Below are positions 48,581-56,830 of a stretch of DNA of 64,000 nucleotides, in pieces (position 1 is the first letter of the stretch; each line of letters opens with the position of its first letter). Source of the DNA: a virus (taxonomy: Duplodnaviria; Caudoviricetes); IMG/VR virus record IMGVR_UViG_3300025809_001850. The stretch is one strand, 5' to 3'. A model generated the notes under the pieces. That model was not told the DNA's origin, made no database searches, and saw nothing but the letters and a program-made list of their open reading frames with translations. Position numbers and translations under genes: made by a program.

Positions 48581-50440
48581 ATGACAAACGAAGAATTATT
48601 AAACGAAATCAATAAACTTAAAGCAGACCTTGCTAAACTTTCACAAAAACTTGACAACAAACAAGGTCGTGTGGCGGCAAGAGTTTCTGAGTTGGAAGAT
48701 AGCACTAAAAAGTATAAAAACCAAATCGCAAACCTTGATTCTGCAAACGACAACAAAAAAGAAAGAATTGCAGGTCTTGAAAGAAAACTTGATACCAAGC
48801 AGGGTAGAATGGGTGACCGAGTTAGAGCATTGGAAGGTGTTGTTGCTGGTCAAGCAGATGAAATTGCGGAACACGCAGATGATGGTGATGGCCACGTAGG
48901 ATTAATTCAGTCTAAGGTATTTCTGATGAAAGGAAGTATCAACCGAGTTAATAATTCTTGGAGACGATTGTCGTTTGATGGAAACTATGCAATGGAAATG
49001 GAAGATTGGACTTTCACAAGTGCAAGTGGCCACAAAGGATTGCGTCCTTCGGTTACTGGTTTCTACGACATCGATTTGTCAATGGGTCTTGAAGCATCCC
49101 CCAGCAATACGATGATAGTGTCGCAATCAATCCGTGTCTACAAAATGAGTGTAACAACGGATCAGATTATCGGAATCTTGGCAAAAACAATCAATACTGC
49201 TTCGATACGTGGCGACGATGCACCTACAATTTCGTTGTCAGTCAAAAACGTTTATTTAAAAGACGATGAATTTATTTTGGTTGTCGCAAAGACTGATGAT
49301 GGTGAAGCAAATGAATTCAGATTTATAGACGGAACACCTGAAACAACTCATTTGAGTTTGGAACTTAAATATGCTCATGTGTTGGAAGGACTTGAAATAC
49401 AGGAACCAGAAGTTGAACTACCAGAGATACTTTCAGTTGACTTTACTCGTAGTGATTCCGTGAGTGCAATGTCATCACTTCCAGTAGTGGTGGACTCTAC
49501 AGAACCAACTGCAACCAACAATGAATTTTCTGAATTGTCGGGTAACTATGTTATTGCACCAAATACCCACCAAGGTGTGGCATATTGGAAGCACGAAGAT
49601 GGCCATTATATTCATTATTCAGGAGAAAAAGATACGTGGGTGATAACTTCACCTTCAAATACATCTGAAAGTTGGGTTATGTCTACAATGACACCAGTAC
49701 AAGATGCTCCATCATGGCCATGGACAGGTTCTTGGGTAACGGAAAATGCAGAAGGTGAATTACTTGATCTTCCAATAGTTGTGTATGGTGGAAAACTTCC
49801 ATCTACTCCAACTCCAACTCCAACGACTGGAAGTTTCTATGAAAAAACACCAACTCCAACGACTGGAAGTTTTTACGAAAAAACACCAACTCCTACGACA
49901 GGAAGTTTTTACGAAAAAACACCAACTCCTACGACAGGAAGTTTTTACGAAAAAACACCAACTCCTACGACAGGAAGTTTTTACGAAAAAACACCAACTC
50001 CTACGACAGGAAGTTTTTATGAGAAATCTCTAACAAGTTATGAGGGAGCAATTGATAAATTGAATGAACAACAACTTCAGTGGAATTCGTTGAACATAAC
50101 CGAGTATAAGTTTGAGTTTGTATGGAAGTGCTATTGTTCAGCTGAATACACAACTCCCGTGATACTTCATGTTAGAGACAACGAGATTATTGACGTAGAG
50201 TGGGCAAACGCATCTGAAAATGATGAGGAACTTGTAAATCCTGATGTGGAAAATTATTATACCATGCCCGAGTTGTTCTCATTTACGTCAGATTACTATG
50301 CAAAGAAACCACATACAATGGATGTAAAGTTTGATGATGATCATCAGTTTGTTGCGGAAATGTATGCGGATGTTCAAGAGAATATAGCAGACGAGGAAAT
50401 GGGATTTGTAGCAAGTAATCTACAAGTTATTTCTGAGTAA
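48581..50440 (+). CDS. putative virion protein: coiled coil, Thr/Pro-rich tandem repeat, C-terminal DUF6174-like domain
   Basis: Heptad N-terminus; (TPTPTTGSFYEK)6; C-terminal YKFEFVWKCYC..TMPELF..IADEEMGF; GGAG SD. Confidence 0.65.
   Translation: MTNEELLNEINKLKADLAKLSQKLDNKQGRVAARVSELEDSTKKYKNQIANLDSANDNKKERIAGLERKLDTKQGRMGDRVRALEGVVAGQADEIAEHADDGDGHVGLIQSKVFLMKGSINRVNNSWRRLSFDGNYAMEMEDWTFTSASGHKGLRPSVTGFYDIDLSMGLEASPSNTMIVSQSIRVYKMSVTTDQIIGILAKTINTASIRGDDAPTISLSVKNVYLKDDEFILVVAKTDDGEANEFRFIDGTPETTHLSLELKYAHVLEGLEIQEPEVELPEILSVDFTRSDSVSAMSSLPVVVDSTEPTATNNEFSELSGNYVIAPNTHQGVAYWKHEDGHYIHYSGEKDTWVITSPSNTSESWVMSTMTPVQDAPSWPWTGSWVTENAEGELLDLPIVVYGGKLPSTPTPTPTTGSFYEKTPTPTTGSFYEKTPTPTTGSFYEKTPTPTTGSFYEKTPTPTTGSFYEKTPTPTTGSFYEKSLTSYEGAIDKLNEQQLQWNSLNITEYKFEFVWKCYCSAEYTTPVILHVRDNEIIDVEWANASENDEELVNPDVENYYTMPELFSFTSDYYAKKPHTMDVKFDDDHQFVAEMYADVQENIADEEMGFVASNLQVISE
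49811..50026 (+). repeat. 36-bp tandem repeat x6 encoding TPTPTTGSFYEK
   Basis: Read directly; differences are synonymous. Confidence 0.97.
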
Positions 50441-50448
50441 TTTATACC

Positions 50449-50468
50449 TTAGATACCTCGGTATCTAA
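50449..50468. promoter_or_regulatory. 20-bp palindrome TTAGATACC-TC-GGTATCTAA (operator or hairpin candidate)
   Basis: Perfect 9-bp arms in the intergenic gap before the subtilase. Confidence 0.45.
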
Positions 50469-50487
50469 ATTTCATGTGGAGAGAAAA

Positions 50488-51681
50488 ATGAGAGATGATG
50501 AATTAAAATTACCTGAGTTTAAGGTAAACGAAACGATGAGTACCCTCAGTCAACGAATTGATTGGGGATTGCGACAATTGAATGTACCAAAAACATGGAG
50601 CATTACACGTGGTGAGGGAATTACTGTTATGGTAATTGACACAGGACATCCTGTTCATCCTGACATCGGTGATAATGCAATAGAAGGAAAAAACTGCATT
50701 CCCAATGAACCAATTGAAGATGAAAACGGACATCAATCTCATTGTACAGGTATCATTTGTGCAAAAGACAATGAAACTGGAATGGTGGGTGTTGCTCCTG
50801 GATCAAAATGTATTTCAGTAAAAGCATTAAGTAAAAGTGGAAGTGGAAGTTATCGTGGATTGGCAGAAGCATTGGATTATGCAATTGAAATGAAACCAGA
50901 CTTGATAAGCATGAGTTTAGGAGGTTCTTCACCTTCAGCTGCTATGCAATCACGCATACAAAAATTGTACGATATGAATATTCCTGTTATTTGTGCAGCT
51001 GGAAACTCAGGTGATGGTGGAGTTAATTATCCAGCAGCCTTTGATGAAACAATAGCAGTTGCAGCTTACGACAAATACGGAAATGTAGCAAGATTTTCTT
51101 CTAAAGGAGAAAAAGTAGAATGGGCTGCTCCTGGTGTAAACATTTATAGTACATATCTTAACAATGGATATGCTAGTTTAAGTGGAACTTCAATGGCGTG
51201 TCCGTTTATTGCGGGTGTTGTGGCGTTGATGCTTGCAAAGCACAAAAAGCAAGAAGAATCAACTGGTATGAACGATTGTAAAACAGTTGAACAAATTCGT
51301 GAGCATCTTCTTAAATACACCAAAGACAAAGGTGAAGTCGGCCGTGACAATTCATGGGGATACGGAGTTATTGATGTAGAGAAACTTATCGGTGGTGGTG
51401 ATATTGAACAACCAGTTCCAACACCTACTCCAACACCTACTCCAATAGAAAAACCAACACCTCAACCACCTGAAGAGAAACCTGTGGAAAAAGAACCGGT
51501 GAAAGAAGAACCAAAAAAGAAAAACAAAAACACTTTATTTATTGTTATTGGAGTTGTGGTAATTGCAACAATTATTGGAATTGCCGTGGTAATGAACAAC
51601 AAAGTTGATATACCAACACCACCTTATTATGATGAAAATGGTGAAATCAATTGGGACAAGAAATTTGAACTTGATCGATAA
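50488..51681 (+). CDS. subtilisin-like serine protease (S8) with Pro/Thr linker and C-terminal membrane anchor
   Basis: Catalytic VIDTG (D), HQSHCTGII (H), GTSMACP (S), AAGNSG; LFIVIGVVVIATIIGIAVVM TM segment. Confidence 0.9.
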   Translation: MRDDELKLPEFKVNETMSTLSQRIDWGLRQLNVPKTWSITRGEGITVMVIDTGHPVHPDIGDNAIEGKNCIPNEPIEDENGHQSHCTGIICAKDNETGMVGVAPGSKCISVKALSKSGSGSYRGLAEALDYAIEMKPDLISMSLGGSSPSAAMQSRIQKLYDMNIPVICAAGNSGDGGVNYPAAFDETIAVAAYDKYGNVARFSSKGEKVEWAAPGVNIYSTYLNNGYASLSGTSMACPFIAGVVALMLAKHKKQEESTGMNDCKTVEQIREHLLKYTKDKGEVGRDNSWGYGVIDVEKLIGGGDIEQPVPTPTPTPTPIEKPTPQPPEEKPVEKEPVKEEPKKKNKNTLFIVIGVVVIATIIGIAVVMNNKVDIPTPPYYDENGEINWDKKFELDR

Positions 51682-51705
51682 CTTTATTAAATGGGAGAAT
51701 AACAA

Positions 51706-52305
51706 ATGGAAAATGATGTAAAAAAAGAACTGGATGATTTAAACAAAAATCTCAGAATCATAGAATCTGAATTGACATGGCAACTTGACAAGCTCAAAGA
51801 TTATATGAAACGAGACAACGAAAATGATATGGAGTCTCATTTGAAGATTGCAGATATTAATGCCAGTATTGAATTGCTTCAAGAACAAATTAAATCTCAG
51901 GCAGAAATTTTCACAAGCAATTCAAATAAACAATCATCGTCAACAAGCAACTTGAAGAAAAGTATTGAAGATATATCAAAAACAACAAATTTACTTCAAC
52001 AACACTTTGAGTTTCAAAAAAATAAATTGTCAGAATACATTGAACGAGATAGTGAATTTACAAAGCAGTTTGGTGATACATTACGAAAAATGCGTGACGA
52101 TATGAAAACAATCACATATTCAAAATCAATTGTAGATACACTCAATGTTGCTAGTCAGAAAGATGATGTGGATAGTCTCAAAAAGAAAGATGTATACAGA
52201 AAAGAAAAATTGTTGCATCTTGAAAAGAAACTTGAGAACACCCACATTAATATGAAGAAACGAGTTTCTGAACTTGAAAACAAGATAAAGAAACTAGAAT
52301 CTTAA
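51706..52305 (+). CDS. coiled-coil hypothetical protein
   Basis: Heptad-rich 199-aa ORF with GGAG SD. Confidence 0.65.
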   Translation: MENDVKKELDDLNKNLRIIESELTWQLDKLKDYMKRDNENDMESHLKIADINASIELLQEQIKSQAEIFTSNSNKQSSSTSNLKKSIEDISKTTNLLQQHFEFQKNKLSEYIERDSEFTKQFGDTLRKMRDDMKTITYSKSIVDTLNVASQKDDVDSLKKKDVYRKEKLLHLEKKLENTHINMKKRVSELENKIKKLES

Positions 52306-52391
52306 TTGACATATTCATTATTTGCAATGTATTCCATAAATTCATATCAATAATAATTATAAAAATAACATCATTTGCTATTTATTATAAT

Positions 52392-52973
52392 ATGGGAACT
52401 GATGGAAAAACAATTTTTCCGACTGAATATTTGTCGGCTGATTACTTTGAAAAAGTCGGAGGTCGCAAAGCATATGCATTTTGGTTGGTTGGTAATAGTG
52501 GAAGTGGTAAAAGTACACTCACTAAGACCGTAGAAACAATGCTGATGGAACATGAATATTGGGTAAAGTGCTTAGACGGAGACAATATGCGAAGCACCAT
52601 CAATTCAGACTTGGATTTGTCAGTTGAATCTAGAACAGAAAATGTTCGTAGAAGTGCTGAAATTTCAAAAATGTTTTTGATGAATGGAACAACTACAATT
52701 AATTGTTTTATTTCTCCAACTGAAGAAAGTCGTAATCAAGCACAAAAAATTATTGGTGAACGTTTTTGTTTGATTTATATCAAAGCATCACATGAAGAAG
52801 TTAAAAAACGAGATGTTAAAGGATTATACAAAGATAATGCTGAAAACATGAACAATTCTTTGAATTTATTTGAAGAACCTAGTGACCCTGATTTGATTAT
52901 AGACACCACAGGTAAAACGATAAAATATTCTGCGAATATTTTATTTAATTTTATAATAAACCAACCCATTTGA
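52392..52973 (+). CDS. cysC: adenylylsulfate (APS) kinase
   Basis: WLVGNSGSGKST, LDGDNMR, RTENVRR, FISP, RDVKGLY, FEEP. Confidence 0.88.
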   Translation: MGTDGKTIFPTEYLSADYFEKVGGRKAYAFWLVGNSGSGKSTLTKTVETMLMEHEYWVKCLDGDNMRSTINSDLDLSVESRTENVRRSAEISKMFLMNGTTTINCFISPTEESRNQAQKIIGERFCLIYIKASHEEVKKRDVKGLYKDNAENMNNSLNLFEEPSDPDLIIDTTGKTIKYSANILFNFIINQPI

Positions 52974-52988
52974 TATTTATAAAAAGAG

Positions 52989-53894
52989 ATGAAAAAATGT
53001 AATTTAACACACTTAGAGGAACTTGAAGCAGAAAGCATTCATGTGTTGCGAGAAACCGCTGCACAATTTTCAAGTTCAACATTGCTTTTTAGTGGTGGTA
53101 AAGATAGTTTGGTCTGTCTGCACCTTATCGCAAAAGCATTTTATCCTGCTAATGCTCCGTTTGTTGCACTTCATGTCGACACAGGACACAACTTTCCAGA
53201 GGTAATGGAATTTCGTGACAAAGTTCTTGAACAATACAAAATGAAATTATTTGAACGCAAAGTTGAAGATGCGATTGCAGAAGGTCTTATTAAAGATGAA
53301 ATCGGCATCGGTGCAACTCGTAACGAACTTCAAATACCTGTGCTTCTTGATGCAATTGAGCATCACAAGTTTGATGCTTGTTTAGGAGGAGCAAGACGAG
53401 ACGAAGAAAAAGCAAGAGCAAAAGAACGTTTCTTTTCACATCGTGATGACTTTGGTCAATGGGACCCAAAAAATCAACGACCAGAAATTTGGGATGCATT
53501 TAACGGAAAGAAAAATCAAGGTGAACACTTTCGTGTATTTCCAATCAGTAATTGGACTGAACTTGACGTATGGACTTATATAAAACAAGAAAACATTCCG
53601 TTGCCATCATTATATTTTTCACACAAAAGAAAATGCTATGAACGTGACGGAGTTTGGTATGGTCACGCTGATTACATTAAATTAAAAGACGATGAAAAAC
53701 TAGAAGAAAAAGTAGTTCGCTTTCGTTCAATTGGTGATGTAACAACAACTGGTGCTTGTTTAAGTACTGCAAACAATCTTGATGATATTATCGCAGAAGT
53801 TGCAAGTGCAACCACAACTGAACGTGGAACAAGAGGAGACGATAAAAAATCCGATACAAGTATGGAAGATCGTAAGCAACAAGGATATTTCTAA
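52989..53894 (+). CDS. cysD: sulfate adenylyltransferase subunit 2
   Basis: LEAESIHVLRE, LFSGGKDS, HVDTGHNFPE, GGARRDEEKARAKER.FS, WDPKNQRPE, RVFPISNWTELD, MEDRKQQGYF. Confidence 0.95.
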   Translation: MKKCNLTHLEELEAESIHVLRETAAQFSSSTLLFSGGKDSLVCLHLIAKAFYPANAPFVALHVDTGHNFPEVMEFRDKVLEQYKMKLFERKVEDAIAEGLIKDEIGIGATRNELQIPVLLDAIEHHKFDACLGGARRDEEKARAKERFFSHRDDFGQWDPKNQRPEIWDAFNGKKNQGEHFRVFPISNWTELDVWTYIKQENIPLPSLYFSHKRKCYERDGVWYGHADYIKLKDDEKLEEKVVRFRSIGDVTTTGACLSTANNLDDIIAEVASATTTERGTRGDDKKSDTSMEDRKQQGYF

Positions 53895-53895
53895 G

Positions 53896-55233
53896 ATGGC
53901 AAAGAACAACAACAACGATAAAGAAAACAAGAAACCTGTGGAAAATCAAAAAAAAGAACCAAAACAGAATGTTGATAAGTTGCAAAACAACGAACTTCTT
54001 CGTCTTTCAACTGCGGGTAGTGTAGATGATGGCAAAAGTACCTTAATTGGTCGTTTACTTTACGATACAAAAAGTGTGATGAAAGATCAATACGAAGCAG
54101 TTCGTGCCACTTCCAAAAAGAAAGGTGAAGAAGAAGTAAATCTTGCTTATTTGACAGACGGACTTAAAAGTGAACGTGAACAAGGAATCACGATTGACGT
54201 AGCATATCGTTATTTTAATACTGCGAATCGTAAGTTTATTATTTCAGATACACCAGGACACGTTCAATACACTCGTAATATGATTACAGGTGCAAGTAAA
54301 AGCAACGTTGCAATTATTTTGGTTGACGCACGAAAAGGAATTTCTGAACAAACAAGAAGGCATTCGTTTATTGCAAGTCTTTTGAAAATACCTCATGTTA
54401 TTTATGCGGTAAATAAAATGGACTTGATTGATTATGATGAGCAAAAGTTCAATAAAATTCGTAATGAACTTAAACAATTTAGTGCAAAATTAAGATGTAA
54501 CGATATTCGTTTTATTCCTATATCAGCATTAAAAGGTGATAATGTTACAACCAAGAGTCAAAAAACATCTTGGTATAAAGGTGGTCATTTGCTTGGTATG
54601 CTTGAAAACATTGAAATTTTCTCTGACAATAATTTGGTAGACGCACGATTTGATATTCAAACTGTGATTCGTCCTCATAGTGATAAATGGCATGACTTTC
54701 GTGGATACGCAGGAAAAATCGTAAGTGGTAGTTTTGAAAAAGGACAAAAAGTTTCTGTGCTTCCAAGTGGATTTGAAACACGAATTAAAGATATGCGAGT
54801 ATATAAGGATTTAATAAATCATGCGTGTACACCTGCGAGCATCGTAATGCAACTTGAAGATGATATAGATGCAGGTCGTGGTGATATGATTGCCCGTGTA
54901 GATAATCTTCCAAAAACTTCTCAAAATTTTGATGCAATGATTTGTTGGATGTCGGATGGTGTTATGCAACCTCGTAAAAAATATTTGCTAAAACACGGAA
55001 GCAACGAAGTAACTGCTATGATTACAAAAAAGGTTTATACATTAGATGTAAATACTTTCAGTAAAGCAGAAGATCAAACATTGCAACTTGGATTAAATGA
55101 TATTGCAAGAATCAGCATAAAAACAAGCAAACCCATTAACTTTGATTCATTTGAAAGCAATCGTGCCAATGGAAGTTTTATTTTAATTGATACGCAAACA
55201 AATGAAACACTTGCCGCTGGAATGATAAAGTGA
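53896..55233 (+). CDS. cysN: sulfate adenylyltransferase subunit 1 (GTPase)
   Basis: LLRLSTAGSVDDGKSTLIGRLL, EREQGITIDVAYRYF, DTPGHVQYTRNM, VNKMD, GSFILID; no fused CysC. Confidence 0.94.
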   Translation: MAKNNNNDKENKKPVENQKKEPKQNVDKLQNNELLRLSTAGSVDDGKSTLIGRLLYDTKSVMKDQYEAVRATSKKKGEEEVNLAYLTDGLKSEREQGITIDVAYRYFNTANRKFIISDTPGHVQYTRNMITGASKSNVAIILVDARKGISEQTRRHSFIASLLKIPHVIYAVNKMDLIDYDEQKFNKIRNELKQFSAKLRCNDIRFIPISALKGDNVTTKSQKTSWYKGGHLLGMLENIEIFSDNNLVDARFDIQTVIRPHSDKWHDFRGYAGKIVSGSFEKGQKVSVLPSGFETRIKDMRVYKDLINHACTPASIVMQLEDDIDAGRGDMIARVDNLPKTSQNFDAMICWMSDGVMQPRKKYLLKHGSNEVTAMITKKVYTLDVNTFSKAEDQTLQLGLNDIARISIKTSKPINFDSFESNRANGSFILIDTQTNETLAAGMIK

Positions 55234-56288
55234 AAACTGTAATTGTAACGGGTGGTCTTGGATACATCGGTAGTCATACCGTTGTGGAACTTTTAAATGC
55301 AAATTATGATGTGGTGGTTGCAGACAATTTGTCAAATTCTTCGGAAAAAGTAATTGACGGAATTCGTCAAATCACGGGCAAAAGTATAACCTTCGTTAAT
55401 CTTGATATTCGTGATTATTTTAAATTAGAGTCATTGTTAGGATTTTATCAGCAAAGCACAATTGGTGTAATTCATTTCGCTGCTTGTAAAAGTGTCGGAG
55501 AAAGTATGAAAGAACCAAGCAAGTATTATGATAATAATGTTACAGGTACAAACAACTTGCTTAAAGCAATGAAACGATACAAAGCAGATAATCTGGTGTT
55601 TAGTAGCAGTTGCACTGTTTATGGTCAAGCAGATGATTTACCAGTCACAGAACAAACTCCACAAAAACCTGCGGAAAGTGTTTATGGTCGTACCAAGCAA
55701 ATTTGTGAGCAAATGATAAAAGATTTTCACACAGAACACAATTACAATTCTGTGCTTCTTCGTTATTTCAATCCAATTGGCGCACATGAAAGTTCTTTGA
55801 TTGGAGAACTTCCAAACGGAACTCCCGACAACCTTTTACCGTACGTCGCCGAGACTGCAAGTGGAAAACGGAAATTGTTTACTGTGTTCGGAGAAGACTA
55901 TGACACCGAAGATGGAACTTGCGTTCGTGATTACCTTCATGTGGTTGATTTGGCAAAAGCACACGTTTTGGCATTGGAAGTTTCGGTGGAAAAAAATCTG
56001 AAAGCAGAACCTGTTAATTTAGGAACAGGTACTGGATATTCCGTGAAACAAGTTCTTGAAGCATTTGAAAAAGAAAACGACATTAAGATAAACACTCACT
56101 ACGGAAATCGTAGAAAAGGAGATGTTGAAGCAATTTATGCAGACCCAAGTTACGCAGAAAAGTTGCTTGGATGGAAATCAAAACTTGGATTAAAAGAAAT
56201 GGTAACTTCAGTTTGGAACTGGCAAAAAACAATATCAAGCAAATGTTGTGGTGGTGGTTGTGGTTGTCATGTAAACAAAGAAATTTAG
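55230..56288 (+). CDS. galE: UDP-glucose 4-epimerase
   Basis: VTGGLGYIGSH, IHFAACKSVGES, FSSSCTVYG, YGRTK, LRYFNPIGAH, DGTCVRDYLHVVDLA. Confidence 0.94.
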   Translation: MKTVIVTGGLGYIGSHTVVELLNANYDVVVADNLSNSSEKVIDGIRQITGKSITFVNLDIRDYFKLESLLGFYQQSTIGVIHFAACKSVGESMKEPSKYYDNNVTGTNNLLKAMKRYKADNLVFSSSCTVYGQADDLPVTEQTPQKPAESVYGRTKQICEQMIKDFHTEHNYNSVLLRYFNPIGAHESSLIGELPNGTPDNLLPYVAETASGKRKLFTVFGEDYDTEDGTCVRDYLHVVDLAKAHVLALEVSVEKNLKAEPVNLGTGTGYSVKQVLEAFEKENDIKINTHYGNRRKGDVEAIYADPSYAEKLLGWKSKLGLKEMVTSVWNWQKTISSKCCGGGCGCHVNKEI

Positions 56289-56319
56289 ATTGGTTTCGCT
56301 ACCAACCTATTGGTCACAT

Positions 56320-56359
56320 GGGATGGACAGGAATTAAGTTTCCTGTCCATTCTTCTTTA
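56320..56359 (+). terminator. intrinsic terminator closing the cysCDN-galE unit
   Basis: ATGGACAGGAA-ttaagt-TTCCTGTCCAT followed by tcttcttt. Confidence 0.8.
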
Positions 56360-56377
56360 TAAAGTAAATCTTTTTTG

Positions 56378-56406
56378 TTGACTTTTTATAATAAGTTTAG
56401 TAGGAT
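56378..56406 (+). promoter_or_regulatory. sigma70-type early promoter
   Basis: TTGACT-N17-TAGGAT. Confidence 0.75.
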
Positions 56407-56412
56407 ACTTGT

Positions 56413-56583
56413 ATGACAATGAGAGATAACAAAGTTAATTTTTTTGCTAAAGTCACTCCTGAGGAGTTTGAAGACGAGATCCTTGGATTAGAGGAGTTGA
56501 ATCGTTTGCTTGTGGAAGATGCAACTGACGAACCTACGGAAGTTGAAAAAGAACTTTTTAATGAACCCGCATCCATTGGTTGA
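56413..56583 (+). CDS. small acidic hypothetical protein (56 aa), not in ORF track
   Basis: MTMRDNKVNFFAKVTPEEFEDEILGLEELNRLLVEDATDEPTEVEKELFNEPASIG. Confidence 0.6.
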   Translation: MTMRDNKVNFFAKVTPEEFEDEILGLEELNRLLVEDATDEPTEVEKELFNEPASIG

Positions 56584-56585
56584 TT

Positions 56586-56828
56586 ATGAAACATAAAATC
56601 GAGTTAACAACCGAAGAAATGCTTTGCATTGCTCAGTCAACTGAACGAAATCTACAAAATGCTATTGACAACAATATACCATGTAGGATATTATTTTATA
56701 CAAATATGCGAAATAAAATACAATTAGCACTTTCAGGACCTGTAGCTCAGTGGTTAGAGCAGGACACTCATAATGTCTTGGCCGCAGGTTCAAATCCTGC
56801 CAGGTCCACCATTGTACTTTCCAACTAA
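56586..56828 (+). CDS. hypothetical protein whose 3' end overlaps the tRNA
   Basis: ATG 2 nt after the previous stop; frame stays open through the tRNA. Confidence 0.35.
   Translation: MKHKIELTTEEMLCIAQSTERNLQNAIDNNIPCRILFYTNMRNKIQLALSGPVAQWLEQDTHNVLAAGSNPARSTIVLSN
56736..56811 (+). tRNA. tRNA with CAU anticodon, most likely tRNA-Ile2 (lysidine-modified, reads AUA)
   Basis: GGACCTG/CAGGTCC acceptor, GCTC/GAGC D arm, CTCATAA anticodon loop, GGTTCAAATCC T arm, A73 and encoded CCA, 76 nt; resembles E. coli ileX rather than initiator Met. Confidence 0.92.
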
Positions 56829-56830
56829 TT

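Noticed and set aside
49811-50026. CRISPR array
   Set aside because: 36-bp units are contiguous with no spacers, are in frame in a protein, and no cas genes are present
56736-56811. tRNA as an integration (att) site
   Set aside because: No integrase and no duplicated tRNA 3' end in the window
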